From: Hydrolagus affinis
Lineage: Eukaryota
Direction of reading: 5' to 3'
Assembly: GCA_012026655.1 (NCBI GenBank)
Contig: JAAILG010000138.1
Span: 62,001-126,000, forward strand
Length of the DNA: 64,000 nt
Part shown: positions 1-12,474 of the stretch, in pieces
Layout of the letters: the number at the start of each line of letters is the position of its first letter
Numbering within the stretch: the stretch's first letter is position 1
Position numbers and translations under genes: made by a program
The notes under the pieces: model-generated
Databases searched by the model: none
Seen by the model: only the letters and a program-made list of their open reading frames with translations
Told to the model about the DNA's origin: nothing

Positions 1-739
1 ACAAAAAAATCATTCTTTTTTGGAAAATTAAAAATTTTGCTCTTTAATTTTTTTTAATTCCTCAGAATATAATATAATGGAACTGGGGTTCCAAAACCTA
101 ACCTTAATCCACTTTCTTCAATTAGTCGTAGAGGTCCTGAGGGAATGATTTTAGGTCATTTTAACTCCAGTTTGTGTCAGTGGTGGATGCAAACAATAAA
201 ATATGTACATTTTTACAATGACAACACAGTATTCAGTGTTGCCAACTAAATTGATAGAGAAGCTAATTGAATAGTTGGTCCAGGAAATTGAAAACAACAT
301 TGAGGAAAGTGCTGACATATTTTCAAGCTAACAGAGAAACTTCCCTCTGTCACTGATCCATCCTGTATCTGACCTGAGATCAAGATAATTAACATATAGT
401 GATCCAAGGTTCCCCAATGGCTGTTTGCAAAGCATTGCATAGCATGAAGCTCAGCAATAGGGACTTGGAAACTCTTGGATTTGTTATCGTTATAAGTGAT
501 GTCAGTGACCTTTCTTGAAAAAGCACTTGCACAGACATTGGGTGCTGGCCAGTTTGGGCTCAGCCACAGTGATCTATTATCAAATCACCTGTTAACTCTT
601 GACTATTCATGTATGAATAATGTGAGGGACAACGAGTGGAACCATATCTCAATGCTCAACAGAACAGAAGAAGAAAAGCCACCAAATATGCAATTCAGAA
701 AGATAGTTTAATGTTTTTGTGTGTAATTGTGATTGTGCT

Positions 740-830
740 CTGATAACTATTCAAAGCCAAAATGTTAGCCTATCTTTCAGATGTTGACAGATCTGCTGTT
801 CATTTCCTTCAATTTGTGTTTTCATTTTAC
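740..830 (+). mobile_element. Penelope-type terminal repeat fragment, highly decayed (hammerhead core lost)
   Basis: ctgataa...aaatgttagcc...cagatgttgacagatctgctg...catttccttcaatttgtgttttcatttt aligns by eye to the reverse complement of the better copies at 1138-1240 and 34935-35070. Confidence 0.5.
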
Positions 831-1137
831 TGTTGCCACATGAAATTGTATGGTTGAAGTTGATCATTTAGCAAAATCTTGACCCTCATTTAAAACTGAA
901 CATTTTGTCTGATTTCAGGCACTGATTAGGATAAGAAAAATTGCCGTCTGAAGCTCCAATGGTATTTGTATGGAATCTTTTGTTGAGGCTGCTAAATTCA
1001 GTAGCCCTTTTTTACACACTGAGTTCACAGAAGGTTTTGCCTAACTTCAGTGGAAGTTTTGAATAAATCTATTCTAACCCAGTGGTTTAAATTTTCATAG
1101 GGTTCTGAATATTACAAAGTGAGATCAATAATTGAGA

Positions 1138-1240
1138 AACAAAAACAGAAATAGCTGGGCACACTCATCGAGTCAGGCAGCATCTATGAAGAAAGGAAAC
1201 GTGAGTCAACATTTAGGGTCCATGATCCTTCGTCAGAACA
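1138..1240 (-). mobile_element. Penelope-type terminal repeat with degenerate minimal hammerhead ribozyme
   Basis: Minus strand reads CTGACGA-aggatc-atg-gaccct-AAA-tgttgac...atagatgctgcctgac...ccagctatttctgttttt, a close homologue of 34935-35070. Family assignment is from recalled chondrichthyan Penelope-associated repeats. Confidence 0.65.
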
Positions 1241-1336
1241 GTCAATAATTGAGTCTGGGCTTAATCCCTGCTCTGTCACTCAATTTTGAGTAACTATTTT
1301 CTCTGCATGAGACAAGTCTCTTTGTAGGGAGTTGAT

Positions 1337-2707
1337 TTAGATTGCGCCCAGAAGAATTGCAAGTTTCATAATTTTTTGTGTGTTAACTTCACACCCAACG
1401 TCAACCAATGGGCAATTAAAACTGCTCAGGCAAAGCAGGGGATTCATAAGATGGTGAAGTATATACCCATGATGTCCTGTGTTACTTGCATGGGGCCCAC
1501 CATGCTTTAGTAGGTGTCTATGTCTCCCAGGTATATATTCTTGCACACTTCATTTCTGTGAAGGCAATTCCGATAAAAGGTAAGGGAGTGCAGATCCACC
1601 TGCTGCAGACAATCTCAACCTAGTTGGTAAAAATCCCTTGCACTTGGTTCTGAACAGAATATAATTGGTCGTGTGCAAGCTGTGGTGATAATCATGCTGT
1701 ATATGGCTTTGACTTCAGTTCTCCCTGGAGATGCTAGAATTATGATTAAGAATGTTATACTACCATGTAGTGGATATAGATTTCCCTGTAATTAACTGTG
1801 GATCCTCAATAAACCTGCAGTAATAATGTTACAATCATTTATCCCCTGAAATGAAGGTCCTCTTTACTCATCAACTGTGTTCACTGAATGACGATGCTGT
1901 TGGTCACCCACACCCAGCACAAATAAGGACCAAACTGAACCAAATTGCAGATGGAAGAATTCAAACAAATTTTTAACAATATTTCCGATACCAGAGGGAT
2001 TGATTTCAAATGCGAGGCCAAGAACAGACTGTTGAAACACGGGCTTGCGGTTGATCCTGTCCATGTTTGAATAACCTGCTGCTGTTTTTAAACTGTGAAA
2101 GATTCTACATTGGGTTCCGAATCAAACCATTCACCGTGCTTTCCTAATGGAATTCTTGAATAAGGACCCCAGTTTGTACAAAACGGGGACCCCTTTCAGT
2201 AACAGTAAGTGCATCTTTCTGACTTGCAGGAACTCCCCTCCCACACAATCCAGTTTAGGAGCAGTGTTCCCACAGATTGACGGAGATTCCTTGAATCCTG
2301 CTTTTTACCTTTTTGAAAAAAATACCGAACATTAGATCCCATAATAATCAAACACCCAGTTCTTGCTTGTGATTATACTATGACCATTTTTTTTTATCAT
2401 TCCATTGGAACCCATTTTCACATCTAGCTACATACGCTGAAATTGTGTGAGGGACAATGCGTAAAAAAGCAAGTCAATGTATAAATTTGTTGTGTTGGGT
2501 AAGGAACATTGGTAATGAAAATGACCCAGAATCATTTCTTGTTATCACACTCAATGATACCGTGTAACCTCTGAAATTACATGCATTATTTATGTCTCCT
2601 TTATTAATAAAATATACAAACTGCCTCTCGATAGCACACTCATCAATCCAGTTTTGCATGGATCCCAAAGGGAATATAATAGAGAAGGGTTCTTGATTTG
2701 CCACCAC
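1337..2707 (-). mobile_element. Eroded L1/Tx1-like ORF2 relic (RT C-terminus to C-terminal region)
   Basis: Minus-strand peptides, broken by stops and frameshifts, occur in L1 ORF2 order: SLPMFLTQHNKF, FQWNDKK, LNWIVWEG..RKMHLLLLKG, VKAIYSMI, PLLCLSS..TQKIMKLAILLGA. Motif resemblance only; no alignment was run. Confidence 0.35.
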
Positions 2708-4559
2708 TATTAAATTAACTTTGCTCCATTTTGTTACTTAGCAAATAGGAGTGTCAAATGTTTGCATAAGAGATTATTTCTCTTTCATCAATCATAATAA
2801 CGCAATTAGCATGATTCATATAACAGTGCCTCCATAAAGGCCAATTTACGTCTGCACATTGTACAGCACAATGTTTTATTGTGTACAATTACTGTTGTGT
2901 AGAATTAGCATTATAGTATTAGAAAGCATGTGAGCACATACAGGTAATACTATTGATATCACAGAATTTGAAATGAGATGGTGCTGTAGGATAGAACCGT
3001 TATTTTAACCTCGGTGTCCGAGTCTTGAATTGAGCAAAGGCAGACAAGTCTCCTGTTTGGTTCTAAGGGTTCTTGCCATGAAATGTGTGTGGGTGGTTTC
3101 TACCTGGTTTTGAATGACGACTCCACAGCAAACAATGTTCATAATTTGCCATTGGAGTGTGGGTCTCATTCAGAGAAGCTATATTAATTGTGTTGATGGT
3201 GGTGATATTGTTACGGGTATAACTGGGCTACTTTTCTGAAGGGAACATTCGATAAGCTTTTTGCCCCAGTTGCATTGTATTTTTCCAATTCCTCTTAGAT
3301 CCTTACTCACAATATTCTGGCCGTCATTCCCAGGTAGGAACCTACTTAGTAAAACTGTGAGAATGTCTGCACAAATCTCTCTACTTTTGTACACCCTTTC
3401 TTGTGAGAAACATCTAGCCTCTTGGGTATGTTCCCTTGTGTTGGCATGAATGTGAGCTTTCCTCGTGGCCATGAACCTCTAACCTAGCAGTCCATTGGTG
3501 CAGTAAGCTTTTACTCCAGTAGATTAAAAGGGAGTATTTCCTTCCCGGTCTTTCAGTTCTTGTAAATAGCTCTTGGCACCTACTTCTAAAGCATGTTATT
3601 CATTAGAGTTGAAAAGCTGTATCTCCTGCTAATGTTACCAGCCTCTTCATTGTTTATTAAAAAAAATGCTTTCAACTATTTAAAATGTAATTGTATTTGG
3701 TGGCAATTGAGATCTGAGCACAGTAAGACATATATAAATACTTATTGACTGAATGTCAACGCAAACTTCTCAACTACCCTTTAGTTACTAGTAATTATTA
3801 ATAAGGACTGGAAAGCATTTGCCAAGGAGTATTTATTACCTCTCAGTGAATGTAAATCAATGATTCTATAGCATTACACTCTGCCGTGGTTTCAGGATAT
3901 TTTTCACAAAGGGTGGCGGAAGCAAATTGCAGCTTGTATAACATGTAAAAATGATCTATTGGCCTTGGCTTCAGTTACAGGATTGTACATTGATTTGGGA
4001 TTTCAATATATTCAAGTGCTACAGACTTAAACTTGCTTTGTTACCCCTAAAAGGCCACTTTTTACCTCAAACAAAACAGCTTTTCTTCAGTACAAATCAG
4101 CATTTTTCACACATTTCATAGCATTTACATAATAATACAGTATTTAGATACTGTAAATAACTTGCATCTTGCAGGTTATTGGATGTTTCTATTAGGAGGC
4201 ATCAATTTTAGAAGATTATATTACTCTGATCTTTTCAGTCTCCATGTAGACTCTCACACTTTTTATTCTCTCAATCTAACCAGGTTAACAGGACCTCAGT
4301 TCAATTTCCCATTCAAAAGGCAACATGTCCTGCAATGCATAGAGCTTAAACCCACAAACCTATTCATGAGTAAGCAATATACTCCGAGCAATAGTACACA
4401 CAGCACCATGTAGAAACGTAATGCTCACTGAGGTGACAATATGAATGTTTCATAAATTAGTTTGATTAATAATTCTTTATTCTTCTGTAGCTATTTCCTA
4501 AATGTTCCGTCCTGGAATTCCTACCGCATGTTCATGGCACAATCTTATGTATTTATTAT

Positions 4560-4710
4560 TATATATTTATTGAATCTCTTGGAGTGCTTCACAGGCAAGT
4601 ACTGTTGAGGGTTTGTTGGAGGCCAATGCACTAGTCATTTTTTCCCGGCAAGATCCCACAAACAGCCACAAAGTGAAACAGCAATTAATCTGAAAGATTG
4701 TTAACCAGGC
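4560..4710 (-). mobile_element. Deu-type SINE 3' fragment
   Basis: gtgcttcacag...gcaagatcccacaaacagcc...aattaatctg...ttaaccagg is the reverse complement of the 3' half seen at 19290-19510. Confidence 0.55.
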
Positions 4711-5429
4711 AAATTTATATTTGAAAATTGTAGAATAACAACTAATTAAAACTGGTCTGCTTCAGAGCTGTTTTATTTTAGTGGAGTGTGACTGCCTGTT
4801 GTGCTTTCGGCTCATAATCCTTTGGGTTATAATTTTAAGTCTTTTAAAATGAACAAAGAATCTCCAACTGCTCTGGTATGGGAGCTCTAAGCATGCCATA
4901 AACTATGTTGCTTGGTTACGTGTTAAACATGTGTATACTTTAATATCAGAGCAACCCAAATGGGAAAACATCTGCAAAGTATTACTGTTTATTACAATTT
5001 ATCAACCTTTGGCCAATTATGTTATGAGCCAATAATTAAATATAGTTAAGTAGCATTCCCACCAGTTGTGTATGTTGACACAACACCAGCAGAGTTTTAT
5101 ATTAGTCCATTGCAAATAGCTTTTGGAAGATGCCGAAGCCTTTGACTTCAATAAACATACTGGGTATTACAAGGTGTGAACAGCCAAAGGATGGGACGAA
5201 CCTATTTTGTGGCTGGCACTGCTCGTTTACATCTGATGTAGCAGATGTATTTACACTAGAAACCACTGAGCTGAAATGGGTCACCTATCATTCTAGAATA
5301 TAAAGTGATTTGATGAGGATTACTGTGTCAGAAGTAGGCAAACCCATAGCTAAAATATTCCATTCACAGCATCCGTTCAAGCAGTGGTTGCTCTTGATAT
5401 TTCTATGAACCATATGTTTATGTGTATAA

Positions 5430-5630
5430 AAAGCCTTGTACTTTATATAGAGCCTTAAGGTATTGAAACATCTGAATGCTTCACAGGATTTTACTATGAA
5501 GAATAGGTACTCTGTAGTAAACTTCATAGCAACCACAACAGCCAGTTTATCCCCAACAATGTCCCACAAACAGCCATGAAGTGAATGACCCAATTTTATA
5601 TTCGGGGAATCATTGGCCAGGTCACTAGTT
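5430..5630 (-). mobile_element. Deu-type SINE 3' fragment
   Basis: cttgtactttatatagagcc...gcttcacagg...caatgtcccacaaacagccatgaagtgaatgacccaattttatattcggggaatc matches the copy at 61292-61545. Confidence 0.65.
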
Positions 5631-6146
5631 TTATTCCTAACTCAAAAACAAGAGAGATTTGCAGTTCATAAAAAAAATTGAGCAAAGCTCAAAAGAAATT
5701 GAAATAAAACCTCTTTAAATTAATTGAAAGACATTGTTTTTGTTTCTTTAGCGAGGGATGTAATTTGATATCGCAAGGTCGACACTTTCTATCTTTTTAT
5801 ATTCCTCTCTTACAGAAATTGTTAAAAAATGATGGGTTCAATTACTTGTGTTAACAGCTCCTAAGAATCAGAAATAGAATTACTGATGATCTCAACTATC
5901 AACGGAAAGCAATCAAAAAGAGAACTATAGAAACATACGTGGTTACAAACAAATCTTTCCCTTTCATTCATCAATGCCTTGTGATAGTCTAAGCCATTAT
6001 GAAAAAGGGGTTTAGTGAAGAGTGTCTCCCGATGCCCTTGTCAACAATCTCAGATAAAAATGGTGATTACATATCCTGGCTGTCTGTGGAATGCTAGGTC
6101 AGTGGTTTGGGAGGCCCTTTTGACGTGAAAGGCACTATACTAATGT

Positions 6147-6400
6147 ACAACAACAACTTGCACAATTATAGGCCCTCCACGTTGGGTAATGTTTCAGAGC
6201 CCTTAACAAGGCTGGTGGATTAAGGGAAGTGAGGAGGTCGGAAAATTTGGGAGGTGCCAAGGAATGAGTGGATTTGAGCACAAGTGTGAGGATCTTAATG
6301 TGGTTTGGTATTTTGTATTTGTAATGTTGTTGTATGCAAATCGGTTGCAGGGGTGTGTTGACAAAATGCATTGTCTACACTTGACACTCAATCATGTGAG
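6147..6400 (-). mobile_element. L2 LINE 3' end fragment
   Basis: Minus-strand peptide IKILTLVLKSTHSLAPPKFSDLL..LNPPALLR resembles the L2 RT C-terminus (FKIL.LVFKSLHGLAP.YLSDLL). It ends in a gcaag(TTG)n tail, seen as acaacaacaacttgc on +. Confidence 0.75.
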
Positions 6401-7072
6401 GTTGCAGTATGGGTGTCAGGCCAACATTTAAAGAAAATTTGCAGGTGACGTCTTGAGGATCCGTTACGAGGAAATCGCCAAGGGAAACAAACATTGGCAA
6501 ATTGATGGAGAACGCGTAAGCGAAGTTACTCGTAGCTACTAGTTTTAAACAAATAACTCGTTGTAGTTTATTTCAGTAACTGATCGGTGTGGAATTGGAT
6601 TCTGTTTAAATAGCAGCATTCCCTTTGATCAGTATCGAACATGATGTCTGATTGATTTTCCTCTCTGTGCATTCCCCTGGTGTCTGCAGTTGACAGATCA
6701 TATCTTGTAAAGTCATTTGCTGAGATTGGGATCAGTGGAGTCACTTTCGTCTTTGCAGCCCCTATCACCTCCGTGCACTAAACCAAATTACAGTGCTACC
6801 TTATTCTGGTAGCACTATCATAATTTAACAATAATCACCAGGGATTAAATGATGGCGAAGAAACATCAAACCAGTCTTTATACAAAAACTTCTTTTGAGA
6901 TTGGCCGTTTACGCTGAAGTTGTTTCCTTCTGTGTGATTTCTCTTTCTACTGGGGTTGATAACGTGTGTTTGTGTGGACTGACGTGACAAGCATTTTAAA
7001 AGTAAAGAATCATCTCCACTTCCTTAAAGAGATTTTGCTCGAAGGACTCTGTTGCATTGTCACCTCAGGTGC

Positions 7073-7885
7073 AATTCTAGATATACAAAGCGGTGAGTGC
7101 CATATGAGCTGGGCAGAAATAGTGCCTGATTGTGCTAAATTCCAGGAGAATCTCAAATTTAATTGATCTGAATAGTGTGTGATAGACTATTTGATAGTGA
7201 GCTGGATCAAAGCTGATCTGAATCCTGGCTCATTTGATTCAACAGATTACCAGGAACACTGGTTCAGGCCAGGTCACTGGGCTCATTAAGAAAAGGTTTG
7301 ATGCTATAATTGGAAAGACAGTAGGTTCAATATTTGGGGAAAAATTAGACCAGTGAAGAATGGTCACTGGATAAGGGCAATGGAAGGCTCTAGGATCTTC
7401 ATGCTGAGCAAAATGTTGAAGTGAAAAAACACAACAAGTATATCTTCAGCAAGTAGTTGGAGTTCTATTTAAGCAGATTCATATTTAATTTCCTCTGTAG
7501 TTCCAGAGTCCAGGTATATTTCTCTCCTGTGGCACGGACCAGAAAGATGGGAAATTTACTGTTCCCAGATCCTGACCTGGCTTTACTTCCAATATAAACG
7601 TCCCTTGATGTCCCCTTGTACAGCTTTGTTCACTCTCCAGCACACAGCCGACAATGAAAACGCACTGAGGAAAGTATGGAAACTGTAGATTGCTGTGATG
7701 ATATGGTGCAAAATAGTAAAGAAATTCAATCTATTAAATCTGTCCCAGAAAAGCTTTTAGCATAATTTGAGTGGCACATGGAACTTGTATACGATTCTAG
7801 CAACACAAAGCAGCGATATTTGAGCTGGACAAAGTTGAACCGAATTGTGCTAAATCCCAGGGGAATCTCAAATTTAATTAATCTA
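7073..7885 (+). repeat. Diverged ~95-bp direct repeat pair (7073-7170 and 7793-7885)
   Basis: attctag..acaaagc..tgagctgg..attgtgctaaattccaggagaatctcaaatttaattgatct versus attctag..acaaagc..tgagctgg..attgtgctaaatcccaggggaatctcaaatttaattaatct. Confidence 0.85.
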
Positions 7886-10067
7886 GCTTCTTGCTCTACT
7901 TCCTCTATGTGCCAAGTCTAGCTTAGTGATGTTTTTTCCCCCCTCAACAAACTGACTCCCGTAAAAAGGGGAACATTGTTAACCTTTGTGATTGTGATGT
8001 TTATTCTTCATACCATTCATTTTCGATTGTATCCTATGATGCTTGTTCTTGGACCCCTTCAGTTGGTTGACAGTGGGCAAACTTCGAGCTCGCAGCAAAT
8101 GCACATTTTGATCATTACACACGCATTGCTATCTTCAACCAAACAGGTGAGCAAGTCCTCACGGGTAGCCGTTTTACAGTATGAGCAATCTGATGAATCT
8201 TGCATTGCAAGTACTTACAAGAATCTCTAGAATGCAACGAGTTGACCTGTTAAGCAGAATGACAAGCAAATCAAAGCCCCTTATTAATTATTGTGCACAG
8301 AATGTGGCTGGGATATTGACAATGGTGCTTTTTATGTTGGGAGGACGTTTGGATTATGAATCCAAAGTAATCTTAGGATTTACTGTAAGTACAGTGATTG
8401 TGTGATTTGTAGACAACTGATGATTAAGGAGAATGACCATTTTCTCCTGGACGTTTTTTGAGCCAGGGCAAACTCCCTTCTCTTTTGAATAGTTTGTCAT
8501 TTTTTGAATAATTTTGGTAGACTTGAGTGCCATCACCACACTCAGGGTTTCATTTGAAAAGGTTTACACTGAGTCTGAACATTTAGCAGTAAACTGGCAG
8601 TCTAAACAAAGAATCTAAATAACAATGGCTCGCAGTGTTTCATCACTTTTCACACCTAGGCTGAAAGGGTGGACCACATAAAAGACAGATCTGCACAAAG
8701 AGAAGGGGCTTGTTACATTTCCTTGTGTTTGTTGACAATCAATTCAGAAACTCTGCTTAGTCTTTGACTCTGAACTTTATAATTACTTCAAGTAGCTTAT
8801 TAACAGTAAATCCTGTTTTTTTCCCCCTAATTGGAAAGGAAATAACAGTAGCTGTGATGTCCTGTGTAATGTTCACGTCGAGGTGTTAAGATTGTCAGCC
8901 TTTCTTTTTTGCCTTTTCTGCAAACAAAGGGTTATGCTTGCAACTCTCCCATCATAGGCAGGAGTCCTACAGTTTCAATGTACGGTGAAATGTTGCTGTT
9001 GCTCTGTTATGTTAAAGGGTTTCAGGATTTTTGCTTCAAAAGCCAGAGGAAAAACACAGGCATCTGCAATCAGCCCATGCTACCATTACTACCATCAACC
9101 ATCTCAAAGGAGATCTAGATTTTGCTGACAATCTGGCACAGCAGTTGAGGACTCTTGGCTACTGATGGCACTAGTTTGGAGATCCAAATGTGAGAAAGGG
9201 ATTGTTATATATATGTCTAGCTCCTCTGTTCAGCTGCACACTGGGGAATTTCACATTGTGCTATTCTGTCTCCAAAACAAACAGGATCACAGCAACACCC
9301 TAAGTCCAGTACAAATTCTATCTACCGGTAATTCAAAGTCAAGTTACACCTCAGGTTACACCTCCACTGCCATTGTAGAATTTCTCTGCCCTATACAGTA
9401 CGGGAACAAGAATGTTATTAGTGGTTCCCACTTGTTATAGCTGTCCAGTGCACCTTGCTTGAAAATGAACATAACATGTTAGACGAGGACAAGACTTGAC
9501 TAGACAGCAATACTCTGGATACATCATCAGTGTGCACTCATTGAGGGCTATGATGCATTGGTTACTGCAAACATTGATTCTTTTCACTGTATTTTTAGAG
9601 TGGGATTCCCGTTCAAAACACAATAGATTTTTTAAATGTGGGTATACTCACAAGTTCGATCCCACTATCTTGATTTGCACATGAGGAATAGCCACTGCGG
9701 AAAGCAGGGGAGTGACCAACTACATATTTAATATTCTAGCATAAGTGAGCATCTTCATGGCAGAAATGATACAGAAAAAGAGAGCAGAACATGTAACCAG
9801 ATAAACTACTTGAGTTTCTAAGTGCTTTTCCATTCGTTGAAGTTCTGGGTGGCATTTAAGAATCCAAATCCAGCATATGTTACACACATTCAGATTACAC
9901 ATTAACAGAAAAATACCACACATAAGAAGAGAGAGCTTGCAATTAGCATTTTTATAGCATTTTTAGAGCACCTCCCATCAATGTCTCAAAGCGTAGTGAC
10001 CTGTCTCTTATAGTCAACCATCATAGAGTACAGTTGATTGCTTTGAATTTAGACATAATTTTTTGGC

Positions 10068-10390
10068 GTCCTGTAGCTCAGTGGTTAGAGCACTCGCCTT
10101 GCAAGCAAGAGACCTGGGTTTGATTCCAGGCAGGGCAAAACCTTGGGCAAGTTTCCTTATTCCACATGCCTGATAATAATCCCTCGAAAAAACATTGGTC
10201 ATCTCAATTCATGACTGTTGTGGAACACTGCTGTGTGCAATTGGTTGCCACGTTTTGCCCGCAAAATATACAGTCAATTTACTTTGCAGTATATTCTGTG
10301 AAACACTTTGAGATGTCTACAATGTGTGAAAAGCTGTATGCAAGGATTACTATAATTCTTCGTCTTTTTCTTCTTATTATTATCATTATC
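10068..10390 (+). mobile_element. tRNA-derived SINE, short (~320 bp) family, full length
   Basis: A-box TAGCTCAGTGG, B-box-like GGTTTGATTCC, shared body (aaaccttgggcaagtttcctt..ctgtgtgcaattgg..cagtcaatt) and tgcaaggatta/(ATT)n tail; many homologous copies in the window. Confidence 0.92.
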
Positions 10391-11499
10391 ACCATGAATC
10401 TAAATTAATGAATGCGGCTGGTCGGCAGAATGGCAAGGGATAAGCTTGTCACTGGTGATGGAGATCTTAACTGCAACTTCTGTGTTTTGAGTCCACATCA
10501 GGATGGGGTAAAAAAGCAAAACAAAAGTTTGTCCTTTCATCCCTACAAATTGAATCCCATTCTATAATCATAATAATCCTTCTCTTTATAACAATAAGGA
10601 TTAAACATGTTTTATGCCAGGTGCCCTGTCTAACTTGAAAGCAAGGTTGACATCCGTGTGTAGTTTTCTGTCTTGGCACTGCACTGGTGTCCCTGTATTT
10701 TATTTGGAAAATTGAACTTAAGAAGTACGCCGCAGTCCATGGTGTGGTATCCAGCAAAAGTCCCTCCAGGGATGACTGCAAATAACCTAGATACAATGTG
10801 AAATAAAAAGAGCAGACGGGTATTAAGGCATACAGCACCAATTTGTAAAGCCTAAAACATTCTTTTAAGATATATCCAAGTCAAAGCTGAAAGGAGACTA
10901 CTACTGTAACAAGGTATAGTGTATTTTCAAGATGTAAAAGATCCTTTACTAAATTAATCCAGGTATGTAATTATAGGAATTGAAAGTTTGCAGGATTTGG
11001 GAAGAAATTAGTTATTTCTTGGCCTGCAATCAGTTCAATGGTATAAAGAGAACTCTGGTATGTGCACTGAGGGTCACTGATTGACTTCTTAAGGGAAAAG
11101 GAAATGGTATTTAAGACGAAGAATCTAAACATACAGCAGATTTATTCATAAAATCATTTTCAGATGGAATTAAAACATTTTGGAGCTGTGGTAGGGGCCT
11201 CATTTCAAATCCTGCCCATCCCAGGCCAGTGTTCTATAGTTACACACATTCGCTTTACTGCAGTATTACATGAGGCAAAGAAGCAATAAATGTGAATACG
11301 AAGGTAATTTTCGAAATACCGTATCTAATTTTTAAGAAGGAACACATGAAAAATATTCCTAATGATTCCAAGATGTTGATCATTGCAATCTGTGATCCAA
11401 CCATTTACTTGACTGTAAATGACAGTCTTGTAGACTTTCTTCAAATTTAAGTATGGTATCCAATGTTTAAATATACTTTTTATTGTCCAAACGAAATGC

Positions 11500-11720
11500 A
11501 TTCAAAATAAAATTAAACGGGATCAGTAGCATCTCGTTGACAACTGGATGATGAGTTTTGATGAGACTCTGGCATACTTGAAATCTCAGCTCCTTGTGGT
11601 TGCTTCGCTCTCCCATCGAAACAAAACATTTTCGGAGCAGTTTGGCGGTTAGGCCAAGAAATTCTGTTTCTTTTATGTTGATGGAAGAGTGGGTCAACAC
11701 TCCAGTGAAACTTCATCTGA
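11500..11720 (-). mobile_element. Possible decayed hAT transposase C-terminal dimerisation domain
   Basis: DPLFHQHKRNRISWPNRQTAPKMFC then, after a frameshift, HPVVNEMLLIPFN. This resembles the Dimer_Tnp_hAT pattern DPL.WW.....wP.L..lA.k.L...ER.FS....P..v..l..l..N; resemblance only. Confidence 0.3.
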
Positions 11721-12107
11721 AAAAACAGCTCCATCTGAAAAAATAGCATGCATGAGAACAGCCTTGAGTGCTTTTACCATAACCATCCACATGTTTGCAT
11801 GAAACGGAGTGTTCTTGCTAAACCGGCATTAATATCGAAAGTGTTTTTGATAATTAAATAAATTTGAACTGATCTTGAATTTTTTTTATTGATTTTTAAA
11901 AACAATTAGAAAGAGGTGGTGCTCGCCAACCTGTTGATATTTGTGTTGGGAGCGCCATATTGTTAAAATTAAGCAAGTGATTCTTTACACTAATAATCAG
12001 TCCTCAATCCTTAGAATGGAGGTTGAAAAAAGTACTGAATGGTTCGGATAAACTATTTTTCTCCATAGGGAAGGGAGGAAATGTATAGACTTTTTATCAA
12101 ATCCTTT

Positions 12108-12474
12108 CACTTCTCTTCTCCCTCCTACTTCTCTTCTCCCTCCTACCTCTCTAACCTCTCTCCTCACAACAATGTCCATTGCCTTCACTCTACTGGGTCT
12201 GGCCTCCTCCTTGTCCCCCAAATTCTCTATTCCACCATCAGCAGCCGTGCTTCAGCCACTACATCCCGAGGCTCTGGAACCCCCTCCCTCACTCCCTTCA
12301 CCCTGCCTCCTCCTTTCCTATTTTCAGATCGTGCCTGAAGACTTTTTGACCGTGCTTTTGGTCACCTTTTTCCCACCTCCCTTTGGCTCGGCCCCGGGAT
12401 CTGCTTTGTGAAGCACTCTGAGATGCTGTCTGGCGTGGAGGGCTCTATATAAATCTAGGTTGTTGTTGTTGTTT
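12108..12474 (+). mobile_element. L2 LINE 3' end (5'-truncated)
   Basis: PSYLSNL..LHSTGSGLLLVP..TISSRA, ctctggaac (LWN), ctgaagac..tttgaccgtgctttt (LKT..FDRAF), then tgtgaagcactctgagatg...gggctctatataaatctagg(TTG)n tail. Confidence 0.88.

Noticed and set aside
10068-10140. tRNA gene at the SINE heads
   Set aside because: Always fused to the same SINE body, with a variable anticodon among copies (TGC, TGT, TAC) and broken stems; these are SINE heads, not tRNAs.
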